A stretch of DNA of 64,000 nucleotides, from NCBI GenBank assembly GCA_977030845.1, contig OZ365118.1, forward strand, positions 21,328,001-21,392,000, read 5' to 3'. The position numbers and the translations under genes are program-made. Shown piece after piece: positions 63,821 to 64,000 of the stretch. The notes beneath the pieces were generated by a model. It saw nothing but the letters and a program-made list of their open reading frames with translations. It made no database searches and was not told the origin of the DNA. The stretch comes from Fimbriosthenelais zetlandica (taxonomy: Eukaryota). How positions within the stretch are numbered: the stretch's first letter is position 1; each line of letters opens with the position of its first letter.

Positions 63821-64000
63821 CGACAGCTTGTTTCCTCACAGTGGCAATATGACGGTTAATCACCAGGCAATGTAATTCATATTTACACCTTTCAGAACAA
63901 ATACCCAATGCAACTGCTGTGATTTCAGATGTGTTCCTACAAAAGGTGTAAGGATAGAGAGGAGAGACTGTAGACATGAATACCTCCAGGGGCTGCGTAG

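Overview
Eukaryotic genomic DNA with two N gaps, probably from a marine invertebrate (inferred from the repeat types). There is no prokaryotic gene content, rRNA, functional tRNA or CRISPR array, and almost all ORFs in the track are chance or repeat-derived. The best reading is the very long 5' region of one minus-strand gene whose shared coding exons lie left of base 1. It contains about 9 short to medium ATG-initiated segments at roughly 59.0, 52.8, 41.7, 34.2, 20.8, 17.0, 2.3 and 1.9 kb. All end at a GT donor in the same intron phase (phase 2), and there is also a 48-nt phase 2-2 exon at 1471-1518. Several of the predicted N-termini carry myristoylation or palmitoylation-like signatures. 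The introns hold candidate recursive splice sites, a dense CRE plus CArG module near 56.0-56.2 kb, three consensus RFX X-boxes, a 30-bp-phased CCAAT/Myb repeat, about 12 copies of a tRNA-derived SINE, and several minisatellites including a 1.2-kb G-rich higher-order array. No conserved protein domain lies in the window, so the gene cannot be named. A PDE4/dunce-like architecture is only a hypothesis. All splice and motif calls were made by eye and need RNA data.
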